Part shown: in pieces, positions 38,881 through 52,275 of the stretch
Layout of the letters: the number at the start of each line of letters is the position of its first letter
Numbering within the stretch: position 1 is the stretch's first letter
Assembly (NCBI RefSeq): GCF_001194135.2
Contig: NC_068992.1
Span: 6,309,308-6,373,307 of the forward strand
DNA: 64,000 bases
Direction of reading: 5' to 3'
Origin: Octopus bimaculoides
Lineage: Eukaryota
Position numbers and translations under genes: made by a program
The notes under the pieces: model-generated
Database searches by the model: none
What the model was told of the DNA's origin: nothing
What the model saw: the letters and a program-made list of their open reading frames with translations, nothing else

Positions 38881-41800
38881 ATATATATATATAACATGTA
38901 NNNNNNNNNNATTTACACCACCTGTCCTCGTCTGTTGTTATTATTTGTATATTCTCCCATATATATATATATATATATATATATAACATGTACATATGCA
39001 CGTATATAAGAACACAGATTCTCATGCAGACACACGTACTTATGCATACATTCGAATATGTATTGCATATTCCAGAAATATCACACACAGCCAATTATAT
39101 GAGCAGGCATACATAAAGGCACACGTTATATTACACATATGCACACACATTCGTACATACACACATAGGCACACACAGTTACAGCGATACGTATTTTAAT
39201 ATTAAATCGCATAGCAGAAGACTAGTAGAATCGTTACCACGCTGGAGATTATCCTCAGGAATGTCTGTCCGGGCTTCCATTTCCATCTAGGTCAACATGC
39301 CTCTAGTTGAAGGAAAAAATATTAATATGCATAATAATCACGATTTCTGATTTAAAAACCCGTAAATATGTGGTGAAGTGTAGCCGTTACCATTACAACT
39401 CGCATTGTTTCATAATTTCATCGAAGAATGAAAGTTGATGAAGGAGAGGCAAAGAAAGCAAACAGCCCGAACAAATGTTTGGCGAACGATCTAGCGATTC
39501 TGCCGAGCTTGTCATGTAAGCACATAAATAATAAACGTATGCACATCAAAAAATACATAAATGAAGGAGCTATTGATCATTGTTTAGCCATAGGAAAGCA
39601 CTGTTCGGCAAAACCATAACTGGAGGCATAAGTATAAATTATTTACAGAGAGTTTCACATTTCTGCATAAGAGCAATTCGTCAGCATATTTAAATTTATT
39701 TACGACTGGAAATAAGATTGTTACACTTAATGAGTCGTGAATCATAATGTAGTTGCTGGTCGATTATTTCCCTTGTCTCTGGCTACATGTTACATGGTGT
39801 ATTCTGTGTGAAAGTAGAGGCGCTACTGTATACACGTAACCGATTCAAATACATCACTTCGCCGATAGACATATACAGTAGATTCTAGCTTCTTAAAATA
39901 ACACATATTTTTGCCTTATATCAGCTTCTGTGCTTGCCGTGCAGAAACAGACATATGGGAATGTAGTGATGATAACTACATATAAATACACATAGATTTG
40001 CTCAAAGATTTATACACAGACTCACTCAAATGCAAAAACCTCATGGTAACTATCCACAACTACTCACACATACTCGTGCAACACACATACGTGAGCGCAC
40101 ACATACACACACACACACCTGTTATGTCTGCGAGTAGGAATCTACGTCGTAAAATACATATAAACAAAACGTTGATAATACCATACATGTGATTACTAGA
40201 TATCCAGAGATATACATATATAACTTTGGCTTGTTTAGGCACACATACATGTTTCTGTTTTACATGTTTCTGTTTTAAATTTAAAAGTTATATGGTGATC
40301 AACGTCTCCGCGAATTTTGAAAAACATAACGCAAGGTACATTACGTCTCAATCGGAGCTGAATTATCAGGACGATGCCTTCAGTATTTCCGGTGCTGAAG
40401 TATAGGCTCCTTAGTCTTTTACAAAGTACCTGCAGGTGAGCATTAATTTGTGAGTTACTGTGGTAAAATAAAGGTTATGTTCTTCCTAATGAATTTTACA
40501 TTCACAGTTGAGCCTATGGATCAAGTTGTAACTGTTGCCTGCAACAGATTTTATAAACGAACATATTCGGGCGCTCACATGATGATAAATGAGAACGAAC
40601 ATATTAAAGACACTGGGGAACAATAGATTCCCATTAACATCGAGGACTACAAACACAGCCCTGCAACATCAAATTTAGAAGATTCATAGCCAGACACTAA
40701 AGACTACCAGTGCTTAAGCAAAATTTTTGTACAACGTGGAAGTAGAGAATATGAGTTCGGGCGATGGTTTGCAAGTAGTCCTCATCATCTAATTCTGAGA
40801 GTAGAAGAAACACAGATGTAAGCATCAGAACCTGACTAGAAGAGACAGAGAGATACCCCGGTTACCAAGTTTTGTTTTCGAGCAAGAGAGAGACTGGGGA
40901 TAATAGTGACAATGAATTATTGCCAAAAAACACAAACACTCTGTCGAATATGATTTTCGACATTGACCGGTCAATAAGAAAATGTCCCTGAGCATCTTAG
41001 AGCTATAGAGACGTCTTACGTTATTATCCAATTGTGAAAGAACGCCAAGTAAACTCACACTGCGAGCTAATTCATTTCAAGATGTTTGAACCTCAAAAGA
41101 AACTCATGGTCCTGATCGGCCTTCGGCCATTGGCTCAGTCCGTCCTGCGACTGCCAATCAGAGAGAATTCGGTTATTAATGCTTTAATTAATGCATAATG
41201 ACAAGTTACTATCTCTAACACTACACTGTATCTAAGTTAAGCTCTCCACGTCACGTCTATCTCGCCATCTACGGATAAATCTGATCAAAAAATTTGCAAT
41301 CAACAGTCCGTATTCAGGTTGTCGTCTGTAGGTATGTGTTCGCTTGGGCATGAATATGTGTGTGTGATGCAGACACATGTAGAAGATATTCGATCGATTC
41401 GACAATTACTTTTACGGCTCTGAAAGGCTGAATGGTGACTTTGTGTGCCATGAACTGACTACATACTATCACATTCATTTCTATATATTTCACGCATTCA
41501 TTAACACACATATGCATGGATATATGAATGAACAGTAACAGAGCTATATCTACACACCCGTACACACATTCGCATATATAAATATCTGTTTGACTATTTA
41601 TTTATCTATACACCTGCTTGTTGTTCATACACCTGTCTTTGTTATTTTTTTCTATTAAATTTGAATTATATATACATATATATACCTACATGGATATCTA
41701 TATATGCATATANNNNNNNNNNNNNNNNNNNNNNNNNNNNNNNNNNNNNNNNNNNNNNNNNNNNNNNNNNNNNNNNNNNNNNNNNNNNNNNNNNNNNNNN

Positions 41801-42569
41801 NNNNNNNNNNNNNNNNNNNNNNNNNNNNNNNNNNNNNNNNNNNNNNNNNNNNNNNNNNNNNNNNNNNNNNNNNNNNNNNNNNNNNNNNNNNNNNNNNNNN
41901 NNNNNNNNNNNNNNNNNNNNNNNNNNNNNNNNNNNNNNNNNNNNNNNNNNNNNNNNNNNNNNNNNNNNNNNNNNNNNNNNNNNNNNNNNNNNNNNNNNNN
42001 NNNNNNNNNNNNNNNNNNNNNNNNNNNNNNNNNNNNNNNNNNNNNNNNNNNNNNNNNNNNNNNNNNNNNNNNNNNNNNNNNNNNNNNNNNNNNNNNNNNN
42101 NNNNNNNNNNNNNNNNNNNNNNNNNNNNNNNNNNNNNNNNNNNNNNNNNNNNNNNNNNNNNNNNNNNNNNNNNNNNNNNNNNNNNNNNNNNNNNNNNNNN
42201 NNNNNNNNNNNNNNNNNNNNNNNNNNNNNNNNNNNNNNNNNNNNNNNNNNNNNNNNNNNNNNNNNNNNNNNNNNNNNNNNNNNNNNNNNNNNNNNNNNNN
42301 NNNNNNNNNNNNNNNNNNNNNNNNNNNNNNNNNNNNNNNNNNNNNNNNNNNNNNNNNNNNNNNNNNNNNNNNNNNNNNNNNNNNNNNNNNNNNNNNNNNN
42401 NNNNNNNNNNNNNNNNNNNNNNNNNNNNNNNNNNNNNNNNNNNNNNNNNNNNNNNNNNNNNNNNNNNNNNNNNNNNNNNNNNNNNNNNNNNNNNNNNNNN
42501 NNNNNNNNNNNNNNNNNNNNNNNNNNNNNNNNNNNNNNNNNNNNNNNNNNNNNNNNNNNNNNNNNNNNN

Positions 42570-42617
<48 letters not shown>

Positions 42618-43956
42618 TATGTATCTCTATATATATGCATATAGGTAAGCTTTTATATATATGTAATATATATGTGTACATATATACATATATATACCTA
42701 CATGGATATCTATATATGCATATACATGTATATGTGCGTGTACACACATATATATATGTATATGCATGTATGTATGTATTATGTATGCGTGTAACTATAG
42801 GAATCAGTAACGTATGGTGACTTGATGCGCCATTTTGACTGGAAATTGTTTATTATATGACATAAGTGCATGATTGAACATGTTTGTGTGTTGTGTGTGT
42901 GTGTATCACTTGAATATGCATGCCTGTCTTTTTTTACTATTCTGATCATGTATATGTGTGTATGTGTATTTCTGCATCGGCATCTGAATACCTAAAAATG
43001 TACGCCTTGTCTGTATAGGATTTGCAAAGTCAATAACATAACCGATAAAAGTAAGGTGGCCGACTGATAAAATAACTGAATACAAAGCAAGAGATTTTTA
43101 CTCGCTTGATCATGGATTACAATAATACTTCTGACATTATTCTCTCTCAGTCATTGTAAGAGCCACCTCGCCTCCTTATCATAAATAACTTGACACTAGT
43201 CAGGTCACACTCGTCTCAGGCACGTATTTCTAGAACATATATTGTATTCATGGCGAACGATTATAATGAAATTCTTTTCTATATATCTCCTCAAAAATCT
43301 GGATCTGTGTAGATAATATACATGCGGGTATCAATTTAATTATCTCTCTCTCTCTCTCTCCTTCTCTATCTCTATCTCTCTCTCTCCTTCTGTATCTCTC
43401 TCTCTATCTCTCTCTCTCCGTATATANNNNNNNNNNNNNNNNNNNNNNNNNNNNNNNNNNNNNNNNNNNNNNNNNNNNNNNNNNNNNNNNNNNNNNNNNN
43501 NNNNNNNNNNNNNNNNNNNNNNNNNNNNNNNNNNNNNNNNNNNNNNNNNNNNNNNNNNNNNNNNNNNNNNNNNNNNNNNNNNNNNNNNNNNNNNNNNNNN
43601 NNNNNNNNNNNNNNNNNNNNNNNNNNNNNNNNNNNNNNNNNNNNNNNNNNNNNNNNNNNNNNNNNNNNNNNNNNNNNNNNNNNNNNNNNNNNNNNNNNNN
43701 NNNNNNNNNNNNNNNNNNNNNNNNNNNNNNNNNNNNNNNNNNNNNNNNNNNNNNNNNNNNNNNNNNNNNNNNNNNNNNNNNNNNNNNNNNNNNNNNNNNN
43801 NNNNNNNNNNNNNNNNNNNNNNNNNNNNNNNNNNNNNNNNNNNNNNNNNNNNNNNNNNNNNNNNNNNNNNNNNNNNNNNNNNNNNNNNNNNNNNNNNNNN
43901 NNNNNNNNNNNNNNNNNNNNNNNNNNNNNNNNNNNNNNNNNNNNNNNNNNNNNNNN

Positions 43957-44016
<60 letters not shown>

Positions 44017-44559
44017 TATGTATATGTATATGTATATATACCAGATACGACTCCAGGTCTTCAGCGTCACTCGGGCTCATCAGAGATTTCGCATAACACA
44101 CATAACACACTCGAAGAATTTCACGTTTTTCCGCAATATTTCTATCTCCAGATGGATTATTCTTTTATATCTAGCATTGTGTCTGTATGCATTTCTGAGT
44201 TAGAGGTAAAAATAAAGCCACCCTGCAAAACATGACTGATCTTTACACAGAGACGCACAAAATAACACCAATCAAATAACAACAGCGCAGTGCACAACAA
44301 ACGTCAGCGATATGACTGTCGCCTGTACTCCTGACTAGAGATATCAGTTTGCCTTTTACACATAAAAAAGTAACGGCTATCAAATGTCAAAAGGGAAAAA
44401 AAATGATAACATTGAGAATCATTCAAGAAAACATTATAACGCTATTTGCGAAAAACGAAATTACTTTCTTGCTAACCCAATATATTTGATTATGCGAGTG
44501 TGTGAGTGTGTGTCTGTGTAATATATATATATATTAATATATACATGCATATGTTTGTG

Positions 44560-44599
<40 letters not shown>

Positions 44600-45796
44600 T
44601 ATATNNNNNNNNNNNNNNNNNNNNNNNNNNNNNNNNNNNNNNNNNNNNNNNNNNNNNNNNNNNNNNNNNNNNNNNNNNNNNNNNNNNNNNNNNNNNNNNN
44701 NNNNNNNNNNNNNNNNNNNNNNNNNNNNNNNNNNNNNNNNNNNNNNNNNNNNNNNNNNNNNNNNNNNNNNNNNNNNNNNNNNNNNNNNNNNNNNNNNNNN
44801 NNNNNNNNNNNNNNNNNNNNNNNNNNNNNNNNNNNNNNNNNNNNNNNNNNNNNNNNNNNNNNNNNNNNNNNNNNNNNNNNNNNNNNNNNNNNNNNNNNNN
44901 NNNNNNNNNNNNNNNNNNNNNNNNNNNNNNNNNNNNNNNNNNNNNNNNNNNNNNNNNNNNNNNNNNNNNNNNNNNNNNNNNNNNNNNNNNNNNNNNNNNN
45001 NNNNNNNNNNNNNNNNNNNNNNNNNNNNNNNNNNNNNNNNNNNNNNNNNNNNNNNNNNNNNNNNNNNNNNNNNNNNNNNNNNNNNNNNNNNNNNNNNNNN
45101 NNNNNNNNNNNNNNNNNNNNNNNNNNNNNNNNNNNNNNNNNNNNNNNNNNNNNNNNNNNNNNNNNNNNNNNNNNNNNNNNNNNNNNNNNNNNNNNNNNNN
45201 NNNNNNNNNNNNNNNNNNNNATATATATATATATATATATATAAATGTCAGATCTAGGGATCGGTATCCTTGGCCTGAAGAGTAGCCGGCGGTATACGCC
45301 TCGCTTAGAATTTTACCACTTCTGATGTTCCGCTCGGAATGAAACATATGTAGCCCAGAACTTACCGACTCCATTCTGTAACTCTTGTATATACATATAT
45401 GTATGCATGTATGAACGTAAACATGCATGCATGCTTACATGTATACGTTCATACATGCATACATATATGTATATATACTATGTATATATACATGCATACA
45501 TGCATGCATACATACATACATACATAAATACATACATACATACATACATATATATATACATACATACATATACATATGTACACAACACACACACACATAT
45601 AAATATGTGTCTACATATATAACACTTCACTGATTTCCATAAATAAATGAATTTAAAATTAAAATTTAATGCTACACTGTTGAGATCAATTAAGAATCGA
45701 AATACGTGTATGTAATGGGAATTTTATTTGCATTATTACAACCAATTAACTTGGAAATGGATTAAGCATAACGCTGCAATTGGAAAACCATTACTA

Positions 45797-45900
45797 CCGT
45801 TGTTGTTGTTGTTGTTGTTGTTGTTACTGCTGCTGCTGCTGCTGCTTTTGTTGTTTTTACTGTTGTTGCTGTTAGTAGTAGTAGTAGTAGTAGTAGCAGC
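45797..45900. repeat. Compound (GTT)/(GCT)/(GTA) trinucleotide repeat
   Basis: Direct reading of the sequence; the source of the poly-L and poly-N ORFs. Confidence 0.9.
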
Positions 45901-46102
45901 AGTAACAGTATTTATACGAAACAAATATGATAAAAGCTATCTCACCACAGAAAAATATTCCTTATATGTATATATTTATACATACATATGAATGTACATG
46001 TATGTATGTATATAGCTATCCATATATATATGTGTGTGTGTGTGTGTGTGTTGAGATAGAGATAGATAGCTAGATACATACATACATACATACATACATA
46101 CA

Positions 46103-46136
<34 letters not shown>

Positions 46137-46449
46137 CATACATATATACATACATACATAGAATTCTGTGATAAATAACGGAACTCAATATGTAATGGTA
46201 GCATTAATCAATGAATTTTAACTGAATGCTGCACGATTTTACTTGCACCCCGGTAAAGTATACTGCGATAGCATTCATCAATGTCGTTCTAATTTCACTG
46301 GTAAAATATATTGGACAGGAACGATAGCACATTCTATACCACTCTTAGGAGTAATGTACACACTAGCATTCTTCTCTTTCGGAATTCATCGAGTTCTTGG
46401 CTTACAATATATGACCTTATTTGGGTATATCAGTGTATCTTTTCCTTGT

Positions 46450-46815
46450 GCATTAGAAATCTCTCACCGTGCCCTTCACTTCGATTGCCAAAGTTTTTCA
46501 GGATATAGTCGAGGATATAGTCGAGTGAGTGAAGAAAGTGCATTCCAACACTAAAGTTGCAGCCAAGCCTTTTGAAGTTCTGCAACGTGGTATCAATCAT
46601 GACTTTGTAATTTGAACGCTTATTGTTTCCTTAAATGTTCTCGAAAACACACATGAAGCTCACTCATGTCTGTTTTTGAGATTCTTTCATGGATTTCTCA
46701 TAATTTGGGTCGTTCATTAGTTTACGAATGTCAGGACCAATAAATATCCCTGCTTTAATTTTATTACAAGCTATAATTGGGAATTTCTTTGAGAGATACT
46801 TCAAATATGGCCTAT
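46450..46815 (-). mobile_element. DNA transposase fossil, C-terminal catalytic region (Chapaev3/CMC-like)
   Basis: Minus strand translates LKYLSKKFPIIACNKIKAGIFIGPDIRK/(frameshift)LMNDPNYEKSM...ENI*GNNKRSNYKVMIDTTLQNFKRLGCNFSVGMHFLHSLDYILDYILKNFGNRSEGHGERF. This matches the widespread GIFxGPxIRxL...LGCNMSxKxHFLHSHLDxFPxNLGxxSDExGERF transposase motif. The superfamily label is from recall. Confidence 0.85.
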
Positions 46816-46946
46816 CTGCAAGCAAAGTGAATGGACAGGGATGAATTGGATTACATTGGGTTTAAAACAAAGGAATTGTACCAGAAAGAAGAAGGGAGAG
46901 ATACATATGCAGGCTAGAATGAATATATACTGATAGATAGATATAC

Positions 46947-47012
<66 letters not shown>

Positions 47013-48299
47013 GTAGATAGATAAATTAGATAATATATCTGAGACGTATGTATCACCATAGATGCTTGAACGCACACGCGCGCGTGTGTGTGCGTGTACA
47101 GCTATGCTTACATGTGTGTGTTTACAATATTGACAAAAGTGGCAGGCTCTTTTTAAATATTTAAAGGTCAACTTAATCAAGGTACATTTTAAATCAACAA
47201 CCATATCATGTTTGTGGACTTAAACAAACTTGTCTGTCATGTTTCTTAAATTCGGTTGATTTATATAAATCATATAAATAACATCTTTCAAAAATATAAT
47301 TTTCAGAAATTGTTAAACGGAAACTAAAATTTTTAAAAAATAGTATGAGGAAAATATTTCAATATTCTTATATACTTTTTAAGATATTTTATCGTTTGGT
47401 AAAAGAAGGTATTTCTTTTTTCTCTTACGGAAAAAATAGCTCTATTAAAAAGAAAATTTGTTTCCGCTGTAGACAGAACACTGAATACGGTTGAAGAAAT
47501 AAAGTTACAAATCAAATTTAAGGCTGAAGGAAAGTAACAAGTGAAACATTTTGCTTTCTAATGCACAAGTAATATGATAATGAGTTTAAAACTATCCGCT
47601 TAACTTATCAGCGTAATTAATAAACAAAATAGAAAGGATTGATTTATTATAAATTCTTAAAAGAAAACAAAGCTGAAATGATAACGATGTTAATATCATC
47701 CTAACACAATATTTCGATGAAATGGTAAAGACGATTCCACTACGTGTGGAATTAATTCGAATGCTAACATTTGACGGCAACACATATTTGACAACATTTT
47801 TAGATCTAGTCATAGTATATTGTCTACTTAATGTGACAGTCCCATAAAAGGGAAGAATGATACTGTTATTTAGCCCTAGGAAACAGTGTTTCCTGTTCGA
47901 CTTGCCACATTTCTTGTGTTCTTGTTTTCAAAGGGGGAGATAAGCACCTCCACCCAACAAAGCCAGAATCCAGAGACTAGTTTCAGAGTCATTGAATTCT
48001 TCCCTTTCTTGGGACTCTCATATTATGTATGTGTGTGTGCGTTTGCGTGCGCGCATGTGTATGTGTGCGCGCGTGTGTACGTGTGCGTGCGTGTGTGCGC
48101 GTGTGTGTGTGCGTGTGTGCGCGCGTGCATGTGTGCATGCGTGTCTGTGTGTGTGTGTGTGTCTGTGTGAGTGTGTGTATGTGTGTCTTTGAGCCTGTTT
48201 TTGTTCGCACTACTCTGTATTATCAATTTGTCGGTTATCTTGGTCTTACCTCCGGCACACACATATGGGAGTGTGTGCGTGTGTGCGCGTGTGTTTGCG

Positions 48300-48338
<39 letters not shown>

Positions 48339-49523
48339 CAAATTTATATATACACACGCATACATATTTATACATGTATACATAGATGTGTTGGTTCCTC
48401 CGTACTTATATATGTGGTTATATAAGTAAATATGTATGTATGTATTTATGCATGTATATATTTATGTACGTTATTGTGTGTGTATATTTGTCTTCCTGTG
48501 TGCATGTGTGTATGCGTGTATGTATGTAAAACAGACCTCACGAGTGAACTTTACTCGCTTTTGTTCTTCATGCGTTCACACTGTTTGAGTGTACATGCAA
48601 TCGTCCGTTGGTGAGTGAAATGTGACTTTCTTTTCAATGTTCGCGTTCACAATGTGTGTGTGTGTGTGTGTATGTGTGTAGGCGTGTGTGTGTAAGCGTG
48701 TATGTGTGTACGTGTGTGAGTGTAAGCACTGTTTTGTGCAATGAAGTGTGACGTCCATTCTTTTGAATATTGGTCCTGAGAATGTATGTGGGTGTATAAT
48801 AATGTTTTGACGAGAGAATTATGTTGGCGTTGCTTTTGATTATCATCCCGAAGGCGTGGGTATGGGTACGAACGTCTGCGTTTGAGAATCTGTATTGCGT
48901 ATTTGTATGTGTACGCGTGTGTGCGTGTGTGTTTATGTGTCTATGTATATGCGTTTGTGTATAGAAAGTGTGTTAGGTATTGAAGTGTGCTGGCCTTTCT
49001 TTTGAATGTGATCCATAAAGTTTATATTTGTGTAATAACATGTAACAGTGCGTTGGCGATTGAACTGTGCAAGCCTTTCTTTTCAATTTTCAATACACAG
49101 CAGAGTATATGTGTGGGCGCTTCTATGCTAGGGTGTATGTGAGTTCCGAACATTGCCGGACCTTCTTTTGAACACTATCTCCCAGAACCTTCCTGTAACT
49201 ACCTAGGAATGAATCTGCAAGGGAAGATTTTTTCTTCTTTTGCTTTTGAATACGATACACAAAAACAAATTAAAAATTGAAACTTGTCTCTGATCTCTGC
49301 AGTACACATACAAACCGAAAAAGATATTCGGTACAAAGGCTAAATGTGACACAGCAATTCAAATACATCATTTTCGGTTAACTGCGAGCAATCACTGTTG
49401 AGCTCAATGCGCTGGTGTACGCACTCGATATTAAACGCTTGAATATCACATACAACTACAGTGTTAATATTAACATAATTAGGTGTGTACGGATATATTT
49501 TCCAATGTAATCGCACGTATATG

Positions 49524-49564
<41 letters not shown>

Positions 49565-49660
49565 NNNNNNNNNNNNNNNNNNNNNNNNNNNNNNNNNNNN
49601 NNNNNNNNNNNNNNNNNNNNNNNNNNNNNNNNNNNNNNNNNNNNNNNNNNNNNNNNNNNN

Positions 49661-49693
<33 letters not shown>

Positions 49694-49752
49694 GAGAGAG
49701 AGATGTACTTGCATAGCAAGTGACCTGATGTGAGATCGTGTGCTGGAACGAA

Positions 49753-49817
49753 AACAATTGCAGCGTGGAAGGTGTTATTTTAAATGGCTTATAAACACCC
49801 TCCACGCTGCAATTGTT
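49753..49817. repeat. 65-nt fold-back hairpin (24-bp stem, 1 mismatch)
   Basis: AACAATTGCAGCGTGGAAGGTGTT (49753-76) pairs with AACACCCTCCACGCTGCAATTGTT (49794-817) around a 17-nt loop. Confidence 0.95.
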
Positions 49818-50571
49818 ATATATATATATATTAAATATATACATATATAAGATAAATAGATAGATAGATAATTCTATATATTCACAAACATAAGTGTGTG
49901 ATTGTGTCATTGATTTTTTAACGCCCACTCATGCACGGATACACACACGCATACGCGCGCGCGCGCACATATCCATAAGATGATTATAATAGAAATTATA
50001 GAAACCATTACCTGTCGATCAGAGCTTATATTTTTTAATAGATCTTTTTAATAGCTGAACTTAACTGTGAAAAAAGGTTTAATTTATTTTCCTACATTTC
50101 AATCACATCGTGTTGTACACAACTTTACGCACGCACACATACTCACACACACACACACACACACACAAACATACACATAGACACAGGAATACATATGTAT
50201 GTATACATATATACACACACAACATATATATAGATATATATATATACATATAATATACGTATTCACATACATACACACACACACACATATATATACATAT
50301 GTATACACACACGTATATATAAATATATATGTACATATATGCATAAATACGTAACTGTTCGCGCAACTTATATTTAAATGTGAACATATATGCCCTTGAG
50401 TTACTCGCTAAATTCTTCTGATTATTATTAAAAATTGTTTCTATATTTAGATTGATAGATGAAGAGATAAATACATTTTCCTTATTTTTGTCGCGAATTG
50501 GCCCACGCGATTTTTTCGCGCATTTTACATATAACTAAATAATATATATATTTACAGATACACACATAATC

Positions 50572-50628
<57 letters not shown>

Positions 50629-52200
50629 NNNNNNNNNNNNNNNNNNNNNNNNNNNNNNNNNNNNNNNNNNNNNNNNNNNNNNNNNNNNNNNNNNNNNNNN
50701 NNNNNNNNNNNNNNNNNNNNNNNNNNNNNNNNNNNNNNNNNNNNNNNNNNNNNNNNNNNNNNNNNNNNNNNNNNNNNNNNNNNNNNNNNNNNNNNNNNNN
50801 NNNNNNNNNNNNNNNNNNNNNNNNNNNNNNNNNNNNNNNNNNNNNNNNNNNNNNNNNNNNNNNNNNNNNNNNNNNNNNNNNNNNNNNNNNNNNNNNNNNN
50901 NNNNNNNNNNNNNNNNNNNNNNNNNNNNNNNNNNNNNNNNNNNNNNNNNNTGTTTGGGCGAAATTACCGAGAAAATAATCTAAATATACATTTGTCAAGT
51001 GAAGCAGAATATTTCTAAATTAATTCTGAATTTCTTTATTATTTTGTAGCAATGAAGATTTGTCAAACTAAAATTGAATTAAAGATTCTAGTGTTCACTA
51101 TTCCTAAACGTTTATTCCCATTGCTGCAATAAAAATGACATTATTTTGATTTTTCAACCAGAATTTAATTATTCACATTTTTTTTTTTTTTCATTTACGA
51201 TAAAATTATTTCACAAAATTTCAATTGGCGTTAGGATATATTTGTTAGTTACGGTTAACTAAAAAGTTTTTGAAGCAAAAATACTCTGATTAAAATTGAT
51301 TTAGAAAAACAATGCTCGCTTCTTCTTCGTCTTCCCATTCACACTTTCACTCTCTCCGCCTGTCTCTTTCTGCCCTTCTCTCAGTATTATATATATTTCA
51401 TGTGTATATATGTATTTATGTTCGTCTCTATGTGCGTATGTGGGGCGTATATTCTAATTAACGTCTAGTTCATTGCTATTCATCTTAGAACAAAAATCTG
51501 TAATAATCATTAACTACTAAACTTTTATTGTATAAAATGAACAGTAGAAAAAAAATTTCTATAGTATTTTTTATTCCATTTCAGAGTCACGATTTGACTG
51601 GGCTAAATTACTGATAAAGAAAAAGATGTGTTAGCTTTCATACCATTAGATAATTTACATTCACCCATACATATTTACATTCATATGTATACACATCAAT
51701 ACATACATACATATGTACGACATATACACATAGATACATATATATATACATACATATATACATGCATACATACACACATACGTACATATGTGTGCGCGTA
51801 TGTAAGTGCGCGAGATAATTGTATATAAACATGTGACCTAATGGCTTGTGTATAGATTCCGACGATGATGTCGATGGTTTGGTTCCTGAAACATTTATTG
51901 TAATTTCTCCTTGAGCATAGCACTTCATTTCACGTTACTCCAACCTACTTATCCTGAAAATGACTTCAGCCAAGTGTTAAATGTCTCTCACGCTTTCTCT
52001 CACTTCTCTCTCTACACCTCTCTCTTTCACTTTCGCTTTAGCTTCCTCTATCTTCCCCTCTATCTTCCTCCAGCCGTATCATCCTTAACGTCGAGAAGTG
52101 GAGAGTAGACCAATGTTTGCTCGCAACTACATACTCACTTTAACGAATGTATGAAAGCATGGCACATTTCCACCATGAACATACTTGCTTGTGAGAGACT

Positions 52201-52275
<75 letters not shown>

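Noticed and set aside
38819-38990. Apparent tandem duplication of the repeat tail
   Set aside because: Identical copies sit on either side of a 10-N gap, most likely a scaffolding overlap artefact.
39640-39690. Minus-strand CTGACGA...TGC/GCA...GAAA hammerhead-like match
   Set aside because: The triplet would be GUG (not cleavable) and helix I does not pair; likely chance.
41665-42725. 45-bp sequence repeated on both sides of an 857-N gap
   Set aside because: It cannot be distinguished from an assembly artefact or a collapsed low-complexity array without long reads.
37561-43160. 5-nt AG/GT-flanked microexons at 37576-37580 and 43151-43155
   Set aside because: They are not frame-preserving, and such matches are expected by chance.
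47640-47820. Possible hAT dimerisation-domain remnant (IRMLTFDGNTYLTTF)
   Set aside because: The similarity is too short and weak to call by eye.
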